Assembly: GCA_002269645.1 (NCBI GenBank)
Contig: NIVC01001248.1
Coordinates: forward strand, 1 to 64,000
Direction of reading: 5' to 3'
Source: Macrostomum lignano
Lineage: Eukaryota
DNA: 64,000 bases
Notes under the pieces: model-generated
Told to the model about the DNA's origin: nothing
The model's input: only the letters and a program-made list of their open reading frames with translations
The model's database searches: none
Position numbers and translations under genes: made by a program
In this document: one piece after another, positions 1 through 12,307 of the stretch
How the letters are laid out: each line of letters opens with the position of its first letter
Position numbering within the stretch: position 1 is the stretch's first letter

Positions 1-586
1 TTCTATCTGAAAAGCTTCAATCGAATTCCATCACTCACCCGCGCGGCGCTTTGGAAGCTCCGAGAGGAAAAATCCTCAATTTGCTGCTGCGATGCTTGAC
101 GGGCTCAGATTGCAGAATTAGGAGAGTATACAGTTGCGCAGTCGCCTGATGAAGCTGATTCCTACGAACCAAAAGCGATATAATTGGAGATGCTGGATCT
201 TTCGCGATCTCTCTCTCACGCTCTCTAGCGCTCAAGAGTCGAGCCGCGGCCTAATCTGAAACGAATAACTTTTCTCTATTAGAATGGGAGCTTTGCCGGA
301 CCCTACCAAGAGCTGTCCCTATAGCTCCAGTGGGCTGAAGCCGCTGGTCTGACATTGGTTGGGAGAGTCAGAGCCAATCGGCTGTCGCATGGCTTGTACT
401 GCTGTGTTGTAGGTAGATACAAGTCAACAGCGGTCACAGATAATAGAAATACTACTAAACATGCAAAAACTACGATCATCTACTCGTTCTAGTAGCAAGT
501 TAGAGTTTTTTTTAGCTTTTTGCTAGAAAGATAGAAAGATTATTAAATTTTACAAGAAATTTACAGTTTTTGAAGCCACTGAAGGA

Positions 587-862
587 GGGGGTTTTAGCCT
601 AGTGGTTAGAGCGTCGGACTAACAAAACTAAAAGGTCGGGGGTTCGATTCCCGATGCAACTCCGAACAATCTGTGTCCTTAAGCAAGACACTTAACTCTG
701 CATTGCTTCAGTTCACCCAGCTGTAAAATGGGTGCCAGCATTAGCTGGGGTAATTGAGGCTGTGTGTGGTGACCCCCCAGTCCTTGGACTGAACAGCCGA
801 ACGCAGCCTTCAGATGCGCTGCGCAATAGCTACGGCTGAGCTGTCGGTTGCACATCTGGCCC
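587..862 (+). mobile_element. tRNA-derived CORE-SINE, copy 1
   Basis: Pol III A box (TAGCCTAGTGG, ~595) and B box (GGTTCGATTCC, ~641), then a MIR/CORE-like segment 'ctgtgtccttaagcaagacacttaactctgcattgcttcagttcacccagctgtaaaatggg'. A second homologous copy lies inverted at ~39505-39750. Confidence 0.85.
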
Positions 863-1048
863 CATCTGCCCATATGTCGGAAAAAATGAGAATCACTGCA
901 GACTTGCTCAGGATCGTGAAGCACACAATAATTTGCAGGGCTTTCTAAATTAACAAATTTAGAAATTCAGCCTCTAAAAAAGCACAAAGTGGTCACAGAT
1001 CAGCCCGCATTCGTGCGCCCCGCTATTCAGAATATCAGAGCAGCCCAG

Positions 1049-1170
1049 GCCAGTAGGGCGGGCGATGCTGCACTCAGCTTGACTGGATCAGCAATCCTCA
1101 AATCCATGCCAGTAGGGCGGGCGATGCTGCACTCAGCTTGACTGGATCAGCAATCCTCAAATCCATGCCA
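1049..1170. repeat. 59-bp tandem duplication
   Basis: 'gccagtagggcgggcgatgctgcactcagcttgactggatcagcaatcctcaaatccat' occurs at 1049 and 1108. Confidence 0.9.
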
Positions 1171-1455
1171 AGCTGCTCGTCAGTCCTGCAAGGCAGCAAA
1201 ATCGAATGGCTGATCGTTAATTAGACTCGCGCGACAGGAGAAGCCAGTTATTGAGCTTTCCTTTGTCTTTTACTTCCTTAAAACTGGGAAATGAGTTTTG
1301 AAAAACAGAGAGAGGCCCTAATTAAACTAAACTCTTGTTTTCTGCCGTGAGAAAAACAAGCTGAGCATAAGGGCTGCTCCGGCCCTTGAATAAAGAAAGT
1401 ACAAAGAAAAATGTGGAGTAAAAATACGGCTTAAAATGCTTGCTCAGCTTAAAAT

Positions 1456-1738
<283 letters not shown>

Positions 1739-1754
1739 ATTGTATCATTCCCAG

Positions 1755-2149
1755 CAGTGGCGTAAATAGGGGTTTTAGCGGCTTGCGAAAACGAAGTAAG
1801 TTGCAAGCGAGAAAAGTGAAAGTTTATTTGCTTTACGCGGTAAGTATAAATAAGCACGCGATCACATGGGGAGGTGCGCCAAAAAGGTGGCACGATTGAA
1901 GGCCAACCCCCCCGACTTAGCATACTGACTGTCTGTCCGAGTACACCCACCCCCAGCCTGGCGGGCAGGGGTTTCAGTGCAGATGTACTCGCAATCGCTG
2001 GCTGCGTGCTGATTGGGCCGCCACAGGGTATACGGGGACCTAGCTCGTATTTTGGGTAAATCTATTTTGGCAATTGATTTTTAACAAAAAATCAGTTTTT
2101 TACACTTTTTCTCGACATTTTAAGCTTTCGAATCCTGCGTACGCCACTG
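1755..2149. mobile_element. Putative non-autonomous hAT-like MITE
   Basis: 10-bp terminal inverted repeats CAGTGGCGTA (1755) and TACGCCACTG (2140-2149), 395 bp in total, no coding capacity. No clear 8-bp TSD. Confidence 0.5.
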
Positions 2150-2355
2150 TTATCCGGTATTTTCTTCTGAATTGAAAGTACATCCTATTGATGTGTTCAT
2201 CTTAGCCAGAGCGGAACATTTTTAAGCAGTAACGATGCACTGCAGCTCAATAAATTCTCTTCGCTTCAATTTCGATTGTCGAGACTTGCTCTGCTTTTTT
2301 CGGCGCCAAAATAAATACTCCGCTCTCTATGATTGACTTAGACAGTGGTGGGCTG

Positions 2356-3564
<1,209 letters not shown>

Positions 3565-3788
3565 GGGACCTACATTCATTCCGAGACACACTTTTTTATT
3601 CTAATTGATCAGTCATACTCGTGAATAATTGGCATTATGTAAGTGCATCAGCTCTCCTTCCTCTTTCTCGGACAGTCGGTACTCTTTCCAATTTAAGCCG
3701 AGAGATTTATTTCTCTTTGAAACAATCAAGTAAGCGACCACGTCGAACGTAGTTGACTTAGTTGTCGAATTTGTTCCCAGAGGTTTTC

Positions 3789-3955
3789 GATGAAGTTCGG
3801 TGGGATTTTTTGATGAAGTTTCTGGTGGTTATTAATGAAGTTTCTGGTGGTTATTGATGAAGTTCCTGGTGGTTATTAATGAAGTTTCTGGTGGTTATTG
3901 ATGAAGTTCCTGGTGGTTATTGATGAAGTTCCTGGTGGTTATTGTTGAAGTTTCT
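3789..3955. repeat. 24-bp minisatellite (tgatgaagttyctggtggttatt)
   Basis: About 6 tandem units. Confidence 0.9.
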
Positions 3956-4042
3956 TCTTCCATTGTTGAGCATTGACCAAATGGTCAATCCGTTTTAATC
4001 TTCTAGAAAAGGAAAAACAGAGAGATGGAGGGGGAGGGGTCT

Positions 4043-4262
4043 CCACCCTCTCCGTCTCTGCCCTCTCCGTCTCTGCCCTCTCCGTCTCTGCCCTCTCCGT
4101 CTCCACCCTCTCCGTCTCTGCCCTCTCCGTCTCTGCCCTCTCCGTCTCTGCCCTCTCCGTCTCTGCCCTCTCCGTCTCTGCCCTCTCCGTCTCTGCCCTC
4201 TCCGTCTCTGCCCTCTCCGTCTCTGCCCTCTCCGTCTCTGCCCTCTCCGTCTCTGCCCTCTC
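4043..4262. repeat. 15-bp minisatellite (ccctctccgtctctg)
   Basis: About 14 tandem units. Confidence 0.95.
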
Positions 4263-5300
4263 GCTGCCCTCTCGCTCTACACTCTGTTCCTCTCTGCCCT
4301 GCTACTTCCATTTCCGTAGTCAAGTCTCAATCCACTTTCTCACCCTTCAGTCGCGGCCAATCTATTTTCCACTTCCCTCTTTCTTTGGCCAGCACCTGTC
4401 CCAGCCTTCGCCAGCTCGTTAAAATCGCATTGAGTCAGTCTTGTTCTTGATTATCCTTTCGTGCTGTCGCCCACGCCGCCTGTCAATCAGCGGGGGTGCA
4501 GGATTTCGCTGTAAACACCACGACAAGCCTATTGAACCGGAAGAAAATAATAATACCAGATTCGAATTTCGCCTTTGCCTACTCGTGCTGTCGGTATCGG
4601 GTGGCAGGGATTGGGGGTCCTGGCAGAGTAAAACAAATCCTACTTTGCTGGGATATCATTTTAACTAGAGACATTTTTAGCCGGATCAAAGTTCGAAAAC
4701 ATCATTCGTTCAAAAAAATATTCTACGTGTTTTTTGATCGAATACTTCAAAGTGCCTGACTACAACGGATCTGGCGTCCGGGATGATTTGCTAGCTTTGA
4801 TCAGCAGTAACGTGACTTCTATGCCAACTTCCAAAACCAAGTCGCAGCTGTGGATTTTCAGATCTGAAAGCTGAAACAGAAGTTCCCGCTGACGGCCTAG
4901 CTTTGGTTGTCCTTTAATAGCGACTGATAATGGAAGCTAAGGACACACATAAACTAAAATAAGCTCTATTGACTCTTCACATACCGTTATCTCCACTTCA
5001 AATAGCAAACGGATTTTTCGCAGGGGAGAAAAACAGGACTCTGAAGGTGAACAGCGCCCACTCGACTGAGATACTCGCTGCAGAATGTGACGCGATCTCG
5101 AGGCAGAGAAATTCCCCAGCCAATCAGAGAATTGGAAAGAAATCCCAAACCTGAGAGGAAGAGAGAAAAGGAGCAGAAATTTCTGGCAGTTTTTTTCAAA
5201 GCACCACTCGGCTCTCTAGGGACTGCCTTTCGAGCAGACCCGATCTACTTCTTCTTTCTTAGAACTCGCTTCAACCAGAACTGCTTTCGAACTCTCAACC

Positions 5301-5615
5301 ATGCAGTCACCTGTCAACGGAAGCGACTCCACGTCGAATTCGACAAGTCTTCCCGGGTACAGCAGGCTGTACATCGCAGTGCGGGCCGTCACCATTCCCG
5401 CAGCAGCCACCGGCCTGATGCTCAGCTGCCTGTCGCTGACGCTGCTGGTCCGCAAGTACCTGCGCAGCCGGGAGGTGTTCGACGTCGGCCTCATCCTGAT
5501 GCAGCTGGCCCACGTCAACTACTGCCTGGCCACCTGCGGCTACATGCCGTTCGACCTGGCGCTGCTCATGTCGGAGCACACTTTAGAGGCGTCACTGGCG
5601 AATACATTGTTCGAT
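5301..5615 (+). CDS. 7TM receptor copy A, exon 1 (N-terminus, TM1, TM2)
   Basis: ATG at 5301. N-glycosylation sequons NGS/NST, two hydrophobic helices, 105 codons ending ...LFD followed by a GTGAGC donor at 5616. Near-identical to exons at 14381 and 30430. Confidence 0.85.
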
Positions 5616-6488
5616 GTGAGCTGGCTCGATGGCTTTATCAACTACTCGTAATTGCATAATCTCATTGTGCTTTTTTATTTCAGCACCTAGAGAAGCAGCA
5701 TCGCATAGTATAGGATGCCAAAAAGAGCTGAAAAGTTTAAGCAGATTTTGGAGCTCCCTCCAAGCAGATCAGAACAACATTTACGCTTGCAGATCTTAAG
5801 AAGACTTTGGCGCCTACAATGTGTTAATTTCAGCCATAGAAGTATCTCAGCTAATTTCCAAAGAGAAGCATCTTTGTTTTACTGTCTCATCTAGTTGAAG
5901 TAAATTGAGATTAGGAATCGTTGCCTCAATACGGATTTTCCTTGGATGCCTAGCAAATCAGCGATTGACCTGAGAGGGTTCATGGTTACCTCCCTCATGT
6001 CCCTGCGGTTGAGTCCAAGCAGGGTCAACGCGGGACTTCGCTTTCGTACAGGTGTGCAGCTATCATCCGATTAACAACTGCGTGACAACTTGAAGCTTTA
6101 CGCAAGAAACTGTCTAATTAAACTTGGAAAGAGGATTAGGCAAATGTGATTGATATAGTTCAGAGTTTCTTCTGGATCTGACGGGCAGAAGATTTTCCCA
6201 AAGGAACATGAGCGGCAGCCATAGTCATGAATAGGTCACGAGTCACGGCAGCCGGGTCACTTATGTATTAATAATCTCGGAGTTCCCTGCGTTAGGCCGT
6301 CAAAAAAGGCTGCGAACTTGACTATTGGCTATGACTGTCACGGCGTTGTTGCGAGAAAACCCTATGTTGTATGCAAAATTTCTAAGAAAGTAATTAACAC
6401 TTTCAACCCTTTTATGTTGAAGACAAATACTCAGCAAGTCTTTGATTGTTTTAGAGCTTCTGCCGCACCTCAAACTGTTCTCTCTCAG

Positions 6489-7325
6489 GTGAGCTACTGC
6501 TGGGTGTCGTTCAGCGTGGCCGTGAAGAACATGTGGACGGCCTGCATCAGCGTGTTCCGCTGTCTGGCCACCTTCAAGCCCATCGGCTTCCGCCGCTGGC
6601 TGACGCGCCGCTTCCAGCTGTGCGGCTTCGGCGTCCTGCTGCTGGTCGCGGCCGCCGCCGGGCCCGGCACCTTCGCCGCGTGGCGTCTGGCAGCCGGCGG
6701 CAGCGAGCGGTTCCTGGTGGACGTGATGCTGCCGCTGACGAGGACGCCTCAGACTTACCTGCCCGTGCCGCTGATCCTGCTGGCCTCCGGCGTCACCGCC
6801 GCTCAGTTGGCTGTTGCCAGGAGCAACCAGCCTGGTGAGACAGCCGACACCGCCGCAAACGCCAATGGAACTGCGAACTCGGAGGCTCGCAGTTGGAGCA
6901 CGGCCACCCGCATCGTGCTGGTGCTGGCGATCTCATTCTCCATCTTTGAGCTGCCTGGCGCCATCTTCATCACATTTGAGATTTACCAGCTGCTTCCAGA
7001 CTGGATGGTGCCGGTGACCGACCTGCTGGTGACCATCGACAGCGCCTGCAGCTTTTTCGTGTTCTACGCGTTCAGCGCCAACTTCCGTCGCTTGGTTAGG
7101 CAGCTGGTGAAGGAGCCCACAGCTGCCGGTGCGGACCGCCCGGTTCCCGCCGATACCCGAGCCGCCGCTCAGCGTCGAAACCGACTTCGCACCACTAGCA
7201 GCCGAACAGGCAGCAGCAGCAGCGTCGACGGAGGCGGCAGCAGTCGTCAGAAGCTGCTCGGTCCGCGCGTCCCGACAATGTCGGTGCAGTCACAGCAGCC
7301 CATTGCGCTGCGCGATTTGCAGTAG
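6489..7325 (+). CDS. 7TM receptor copy A, exon 2 (TM3-TM7 and C-tail); spliced product ~383 aa, divergent rhodopsin-like/peptide-receptor (Srw/FMRFamide-R-like) GPCR
   Basis: Acceptor 'ttctctctcag' at 6488, phase 0. TM3 ends SVFRCLAT (DRY position), TM6 FSIFELP, TM7 DLLVTIDSACSFFVFYAFSANFRR (resembles the NxxxNFxxYxxxSxxFR motif). Confidence 0.88.
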   Translation: MSYCWVSFSVAVKNMWTACISVFRCLATFKPIGFRRWLTRRFQLCGFGVLLLVAAAAGPGTFAAWRLAAGGSERFLVDVMLPLTRTPQTYLPVPLILLASGVTAAQLAVARSNQPGETADTAANANGTANSEARSWSTATRIVLVLAISFSIFELPGAIFITFEIYQLLPDWMVPVTDLLVTIDSACSFFVFYAFSANFRRLVRQLVKEPTAAGADRPVPADTRAAAQRRNRLRTTSSRTGSSSSVDGGGSSRQKLLGPRVPTMSVQSQQPIALRDLQ

Positions 7326-9540
7326 TGTGCTTGGAATTATTTATGAAGCTTAATTTAATCCTTTGAGTAGTCCAGGGAATACAGCTAAAATTCGATTACT
7401 ATTTCACTGTTATCCCTTTGTGCTGATGGACTGTCATTATCCAAAGAATTTGACAAATAAATAAAGAAAAATATACTTTTGTTTCCCCGCGTTGCATTCT
7501 GAAACATCCCGTGTGCTTATCTTGTGATTTTCTGTGTTTCATTCTGAAAAAATCTGACTTGCCTGAAGGAAAACCTCGCTCACAGGTCGTAGTAAGTTTA
7601 CGATCGAGAAGCCTCATGTTCCCAATTCATTTTTGAGAATTTATGCAGCCTTGCTTATTGCGGCTTCCATGAAATCAGATTTTATGTACATGTGGATTGT
7701 AGGTTGATTTTCAAGTCTTTTCAGTCGATTCAGCAGTGATGAATGGAGTGGCAGCTCGGAGACGGCGGGTGGCACTGATTGGCTTGTGACCAAGTGTTCC
7801 GATAGTTGACTGGGCTCGTGCAGTTTTATTGCACTCTTACTATTCAGTAGCTGGTAAGCCAAAAAAAAACAACGAAGCGTGCCACCAGCCGGCTCCAAGC
7901 CGGTTAATAAATAGTATGCAAAGAAAATGGGATGCGGGTCAAACCGGCCCGAGCGAACACACAAAAAAGAACCCCGCGAGCACCCCACCCCAGCCCAGCC
8001 AATCAAAATACACGCTGGGTAAGGCTCCACGAGGGGGGTAGAAAAAGAGGGGGCTGCCGGCCCAGCCAGCCAATCCGCGCACGCGCAGGCTGCCCAAAAC
8101 CAGAACCGGTCTAAACCAGCTCAAACCAGCTCGCCAGATCAGAACCAACTAAGGCGGCAGACTGGGCGGTTGGCATGCACCAAAAAAGTGCGAGGAGGTC
8201 ATTGTGGCGCAGGCCACAACATAGCTAGCAAGTTTAGTGCCAATATATATAAGGCCTTAACAACCAAATTAAGTCATTAAAAAATTAACCAGATGTTGAA
8301 CAATGTATGACTATCAAGAGGTCACGATTCACACACAACTTACCGCGTAAGGCAGTTGCCTTACCGCGTCTCGGCCTACGATGAGCCAGTAAGTGGCATA
8401 GAAAAAAATGCGAGCGAAGCGAGAATTTTTTTCTATGGTGCTTACTTTTGCGAAATCGTCGGCCTCGACGCTATGGCAGTTGTGTGTGAATCGTGAACTT
8501 TCGATAATGGAATTGTGTCTAGTTTCGTCCAAAAACCAATTCAAAACGGCTAGGACACAACTTCCCAGACGGGAATTGTTCACTGAGCGATTCTAGGGAT
8601 TTGTGTCATAGGCATTTTCCACTTGGCGCAAGCCAAATGATGGCCATAGACTAAACGTCTGGAACGAAAAGTTAAGCGGAACAGTCTGAAATTACCATAG
8701 ACGAAACATGTTAAATGAAGTTGTGGTCTTATAAGCTGGAACTCTGCAGCAGAGGATACATGTTCCTGTTTCTTCTGTTTGCCCTAACCTCTATTCATGC
8801 CACTCATACGAATGATAAATTGGTCGAATTTGCCGATTGAAAGCATTGACGGCTTGAATGGAAATGAGGTCAACTTTCTCAGCGACTTGAGTATGGGTGG
8901 ACGTGACGAGGCGGATGACGAAGAGTTGATGGAGTTCATCCGATTCATTGAATGCGGTAACGATGATGCTCTGCCACCACTGCCAAGCGAATAAGAGGCT
9001 TGCCCCGAGGATCCTATGCGGAACAAACCATGCAATTCGGCCGATGTGAGTGTAATTATTGTCGATTCTAGCTCTACTCATCGATTATTGCGGAACAATT
9101 GGTCCACTTTCATTATGCCCACGTTACGGCCGTTTTCGTACATGTATACAATCTGTTTATTCAGCTTTGTTGTATTGAATAAAAAATATCCTCGCAAACG
9201 CATTGATACAGGAATATACAGATTGCTTATCTGCAAATGGGTATATCCAAATATAACCCGTTGGGAATATCCAAAGATGGGGGGCGGCTTGACCATAGAC
9301 TATTCGCAGATAAGCAATCTGTTGTATTCCTGTTTCGATGCCTGAAAGGCGCGCAAAAATTTACTTAGTTCACAATTTCCGTCGACGCAATCATTTGTGG
9401 CTCAAACGAAACTAGACACAATTGCTATAGATAATTAATTCGTGTACACGCCTTTCTGTGACGAGACATACCTCTGGTCTAGAGATGTATCGCAGTATGT
9501 ATTACAGAAACTATAAAAAACAGTATTTAAAAGCACATCT

Positions 9541-9940
9541 CAGAACAGTTCCAGAGACACATCACAGCAGAGTTCCGGAGACACATCACAGTAGAGTTCC
9601 GGAGACACATCACAGCAGAGTTCCGGAGACACATCACAGTAGAGTTCCGGAGACACAGCACAGTAGAGTTCCGGAGACACATCACAGTAGAGTTCCGGAG
9701 ACACAGCACAGTAGAGTTCCGGAGACACAGCACAGTAGAGTTCCGGAGACACATCACAGTAGAGTTCCGGAGACACATCACAGTAGAGTTCCGGAGACAC
9801 AGCACAGTAGAGTTCCGGAGACACAGCACAGTAGAGTTCCGGAGACACAGCACAGTAGAGTTCCGGAGACACAGCACAGTAGAGTTCCGGAGACACAGCA
9901 CAGTAGAGTTCCGGAGACACATCACAGCAGAGTTCCAAGG
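9541..9940. repeat. 24-bp minisatellite (agagttccggagacacakcacagt)
   Basis: About 16 tandem units. Confidence 0.95.
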
Positions 9941-12202
9941 ACACGCTGCACATTTCTAGAGACACGTCGCAAAACCGTTTGAGGGACATATCGCAGCACA
10001 ACTCCAGAGACTTAAATAGAAAGCTTTTGATACTGGTAAGGTATCTATTGAGATTGTCTATAAAAACATCATTAGTATCAGTTTAATTACGTACTTTCTA
10101 TCGCTAGCAGCTACAGCTGACAAAGTGCGCAAGGCTTGTTTAGATTAATAAATATTCGTCCTTAGACTAAAAGCTAAAGCAAGTTGCTTCACGAAAAATT
10201 CCAATAAATATCAAGTCGCTTTATAAGCGTTATATTAGCTGTCTTGTGCCTTTCAGGTAAGCTACATCAAAGACAAAGCGCAATATTCAAGACTTCGGAA
10301 ATTCGGTTAACGAATTGCGACGCTGATCTGCTGCATCATTATTCCCAACTAAGAAGATGCGAGTAAATGTAATCTGACGAATCACCCCGGAACTGTGAAA
10401 GGCTTGTTGCGAGTTTGAGGTTGCAGTACCCGCTATCATTTTCTACCTCCTCATGATGCAGCTTAGTGCCCAGCTGCCAATTATACTCGTACTAAACAAT
10501 TACAATATCGTATGCTAATAATAATTATTAAATTATAACCCTTGTTGATGAAATGTATAGCGGCCCTGACTTTCTAATCGTCATCTAAACTCCTAAAGAA
10601 TTTGGCGAGAAAAGGGGAAAAATATGAAGCCAAAGCACAGCTTCCTGCTTGAGCGATTTTTTAGGGAGAGAAAAACTTAAAGTGCAAACTTAGCAATCAA
10701 AGACCTAGGCAGCAAGAGCGTCGTACAGAGGCAAATGCGTCACTAAAAGTTATTTATTAAAGCGCAAAACCCAAACCGCGCTCACGGACGCATAACATCA
10801 AGGGGTGAATCGAAGGGGGGCATTTTTGAGCATTTTTTTACAAGTAATACGGAAGATGACTCAGATTTTCACAATCAGTTCGTACTCCGAGCACATGTCA
10901 GCGAGCGGTTGGATGATTTGCTAAGGGAACTTCGCGGTTTACCAGCCTTGAACGGCAAGAACGGCTACCAGGCTTGACTACCAGTCCGAAACTTTGAGAT
11001 AACGCACCTGCAGCTAGGTCTTGAAAATAGAATACCGATAGAAAACCGGTCACTGTACTATTAGTAGTATTTCCAAAGCACTGAATAATCAAGTAGAAGG
11101 ACACTGCTGCTGCACTTCCAAATCGGGTCGGGAGAATTTGACGTTTTTCTCACCTAATCAGGATTCTTGTATTGAGGTCCTGACATTCTGCAATTGGATT
11201 TTGCAGATTCCGCAGGATCTGCATCAAATACTGTGTGTGTCATCAAAGTTTCTCATTATCTCAAAAAAGGAAACAGACTGACTCAGAATTTACATTTCGT
11301 AATTCAAAATTAACATGAATACGTTTATTACTCTGAAAGGCAAGGAGGGATGCCGCAGGGCACCTCTGAAAGATTAGATTATTTTAATCTGACTGACATT
11401 CAACTGAGTCAGAAGCACACTGGACTGCACTGTCCTCTCTCCGCCGCCATCGGAGTACACATTGTACTGTATTTTCAAGAGTTTAATTCTTCGTAAGGTA
11501 CTCATTTGGCACAGCAAGGGTGCAGGAGTTCTGATACAGCGTTCTGATGCGAAAATCTTCAAAGTCGTGCAATTCAAACACGTGTACTACACATGTACAC
11601 ATGTAAATTTTGCATCACCATGTATTTAGCTGTACAATGTACATGCTTACGATCGTATTTCACCTTTAGCATTTGAATGAAAACATGATGGAAGTACATG
11701 ATGGACTTCTTTAAATCACTTGCATTAGTGATTGGGGAGGTGGTTTTTGATGCCATAGACGTTTTTGAATCTCTGGGCTTTTGGGCCGTTTCGGTATGGC
11801 CTGCGGTGCAGGCCTTTGGCCTTCAAATGGTTAATCGGTCACAAGGATCTTTGTCACAAGTAGATTTGTTAAAAGGATCTTGTCGCAGGATTCATGCCTA
11901 GAGGGGCCAACCCGGCCAATACCTATGGTGCAGGGTAACGGGGTCAGCTCAATAAACATGACTGCCTGTCTCGTCGCCGGTTGCAGGTCGACTGTCACCT
12001 GTGATTTGCAGTGGCAATCTAAAAGACAAAACCTACTGCGGTACAGCGTTAAAAGCCATTAGCTCGTACAGCAATCCGAAGTCGGAGCAAAGCAAATGAG
12101 ACGCCAAAATCGTTCGGCTGAACAGAGTTCTTCCATCAAAAGAGATTATCGTGCCGCTTGTACAGTAGAAAGTATAAAAATAATGTTTACTAATGTAGCC
12201 TC

Positions 12203-12307
12203 CATTCTAGAAACTTCTGCGCTCTCCCCATACACCAAAAATAGTAACATTCTAGAAACTTCTGCGCTCTCCCCATACACCAAAAATAGTAACATTCTAG
12301 AAACTTC
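12203..12307. repeat. 45-bp tandem duplication
   Basis: 'cattctagaaacttct' at 12203, 12248 and 12293. Confidence 0.88.

Noticed and set aside
587-660. tRNA gene at the SINE heads (also ~39690-39750)
   Set aside because: A and B boxes are present, but there is no closed acceptor stem or anticodon arm, and the sequence continues into the CORE body.
5750-6250. Possible LINE RNase H-region remnant on the - strand (LLGLNRRDMREVT)
   Set aside because: Only a short weak resemblance, and the expected downstream GH/CCHC motifs are not in order; too little support.
10372-10410. Hammerhead ribozyme candidates (CTGACGA...GAAA here; also 42721 and 56460)
   Set aside because: By eye, stem II and the flanking stems do not pair properly. 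An Infernal/RNAMotif scan would be decisive.
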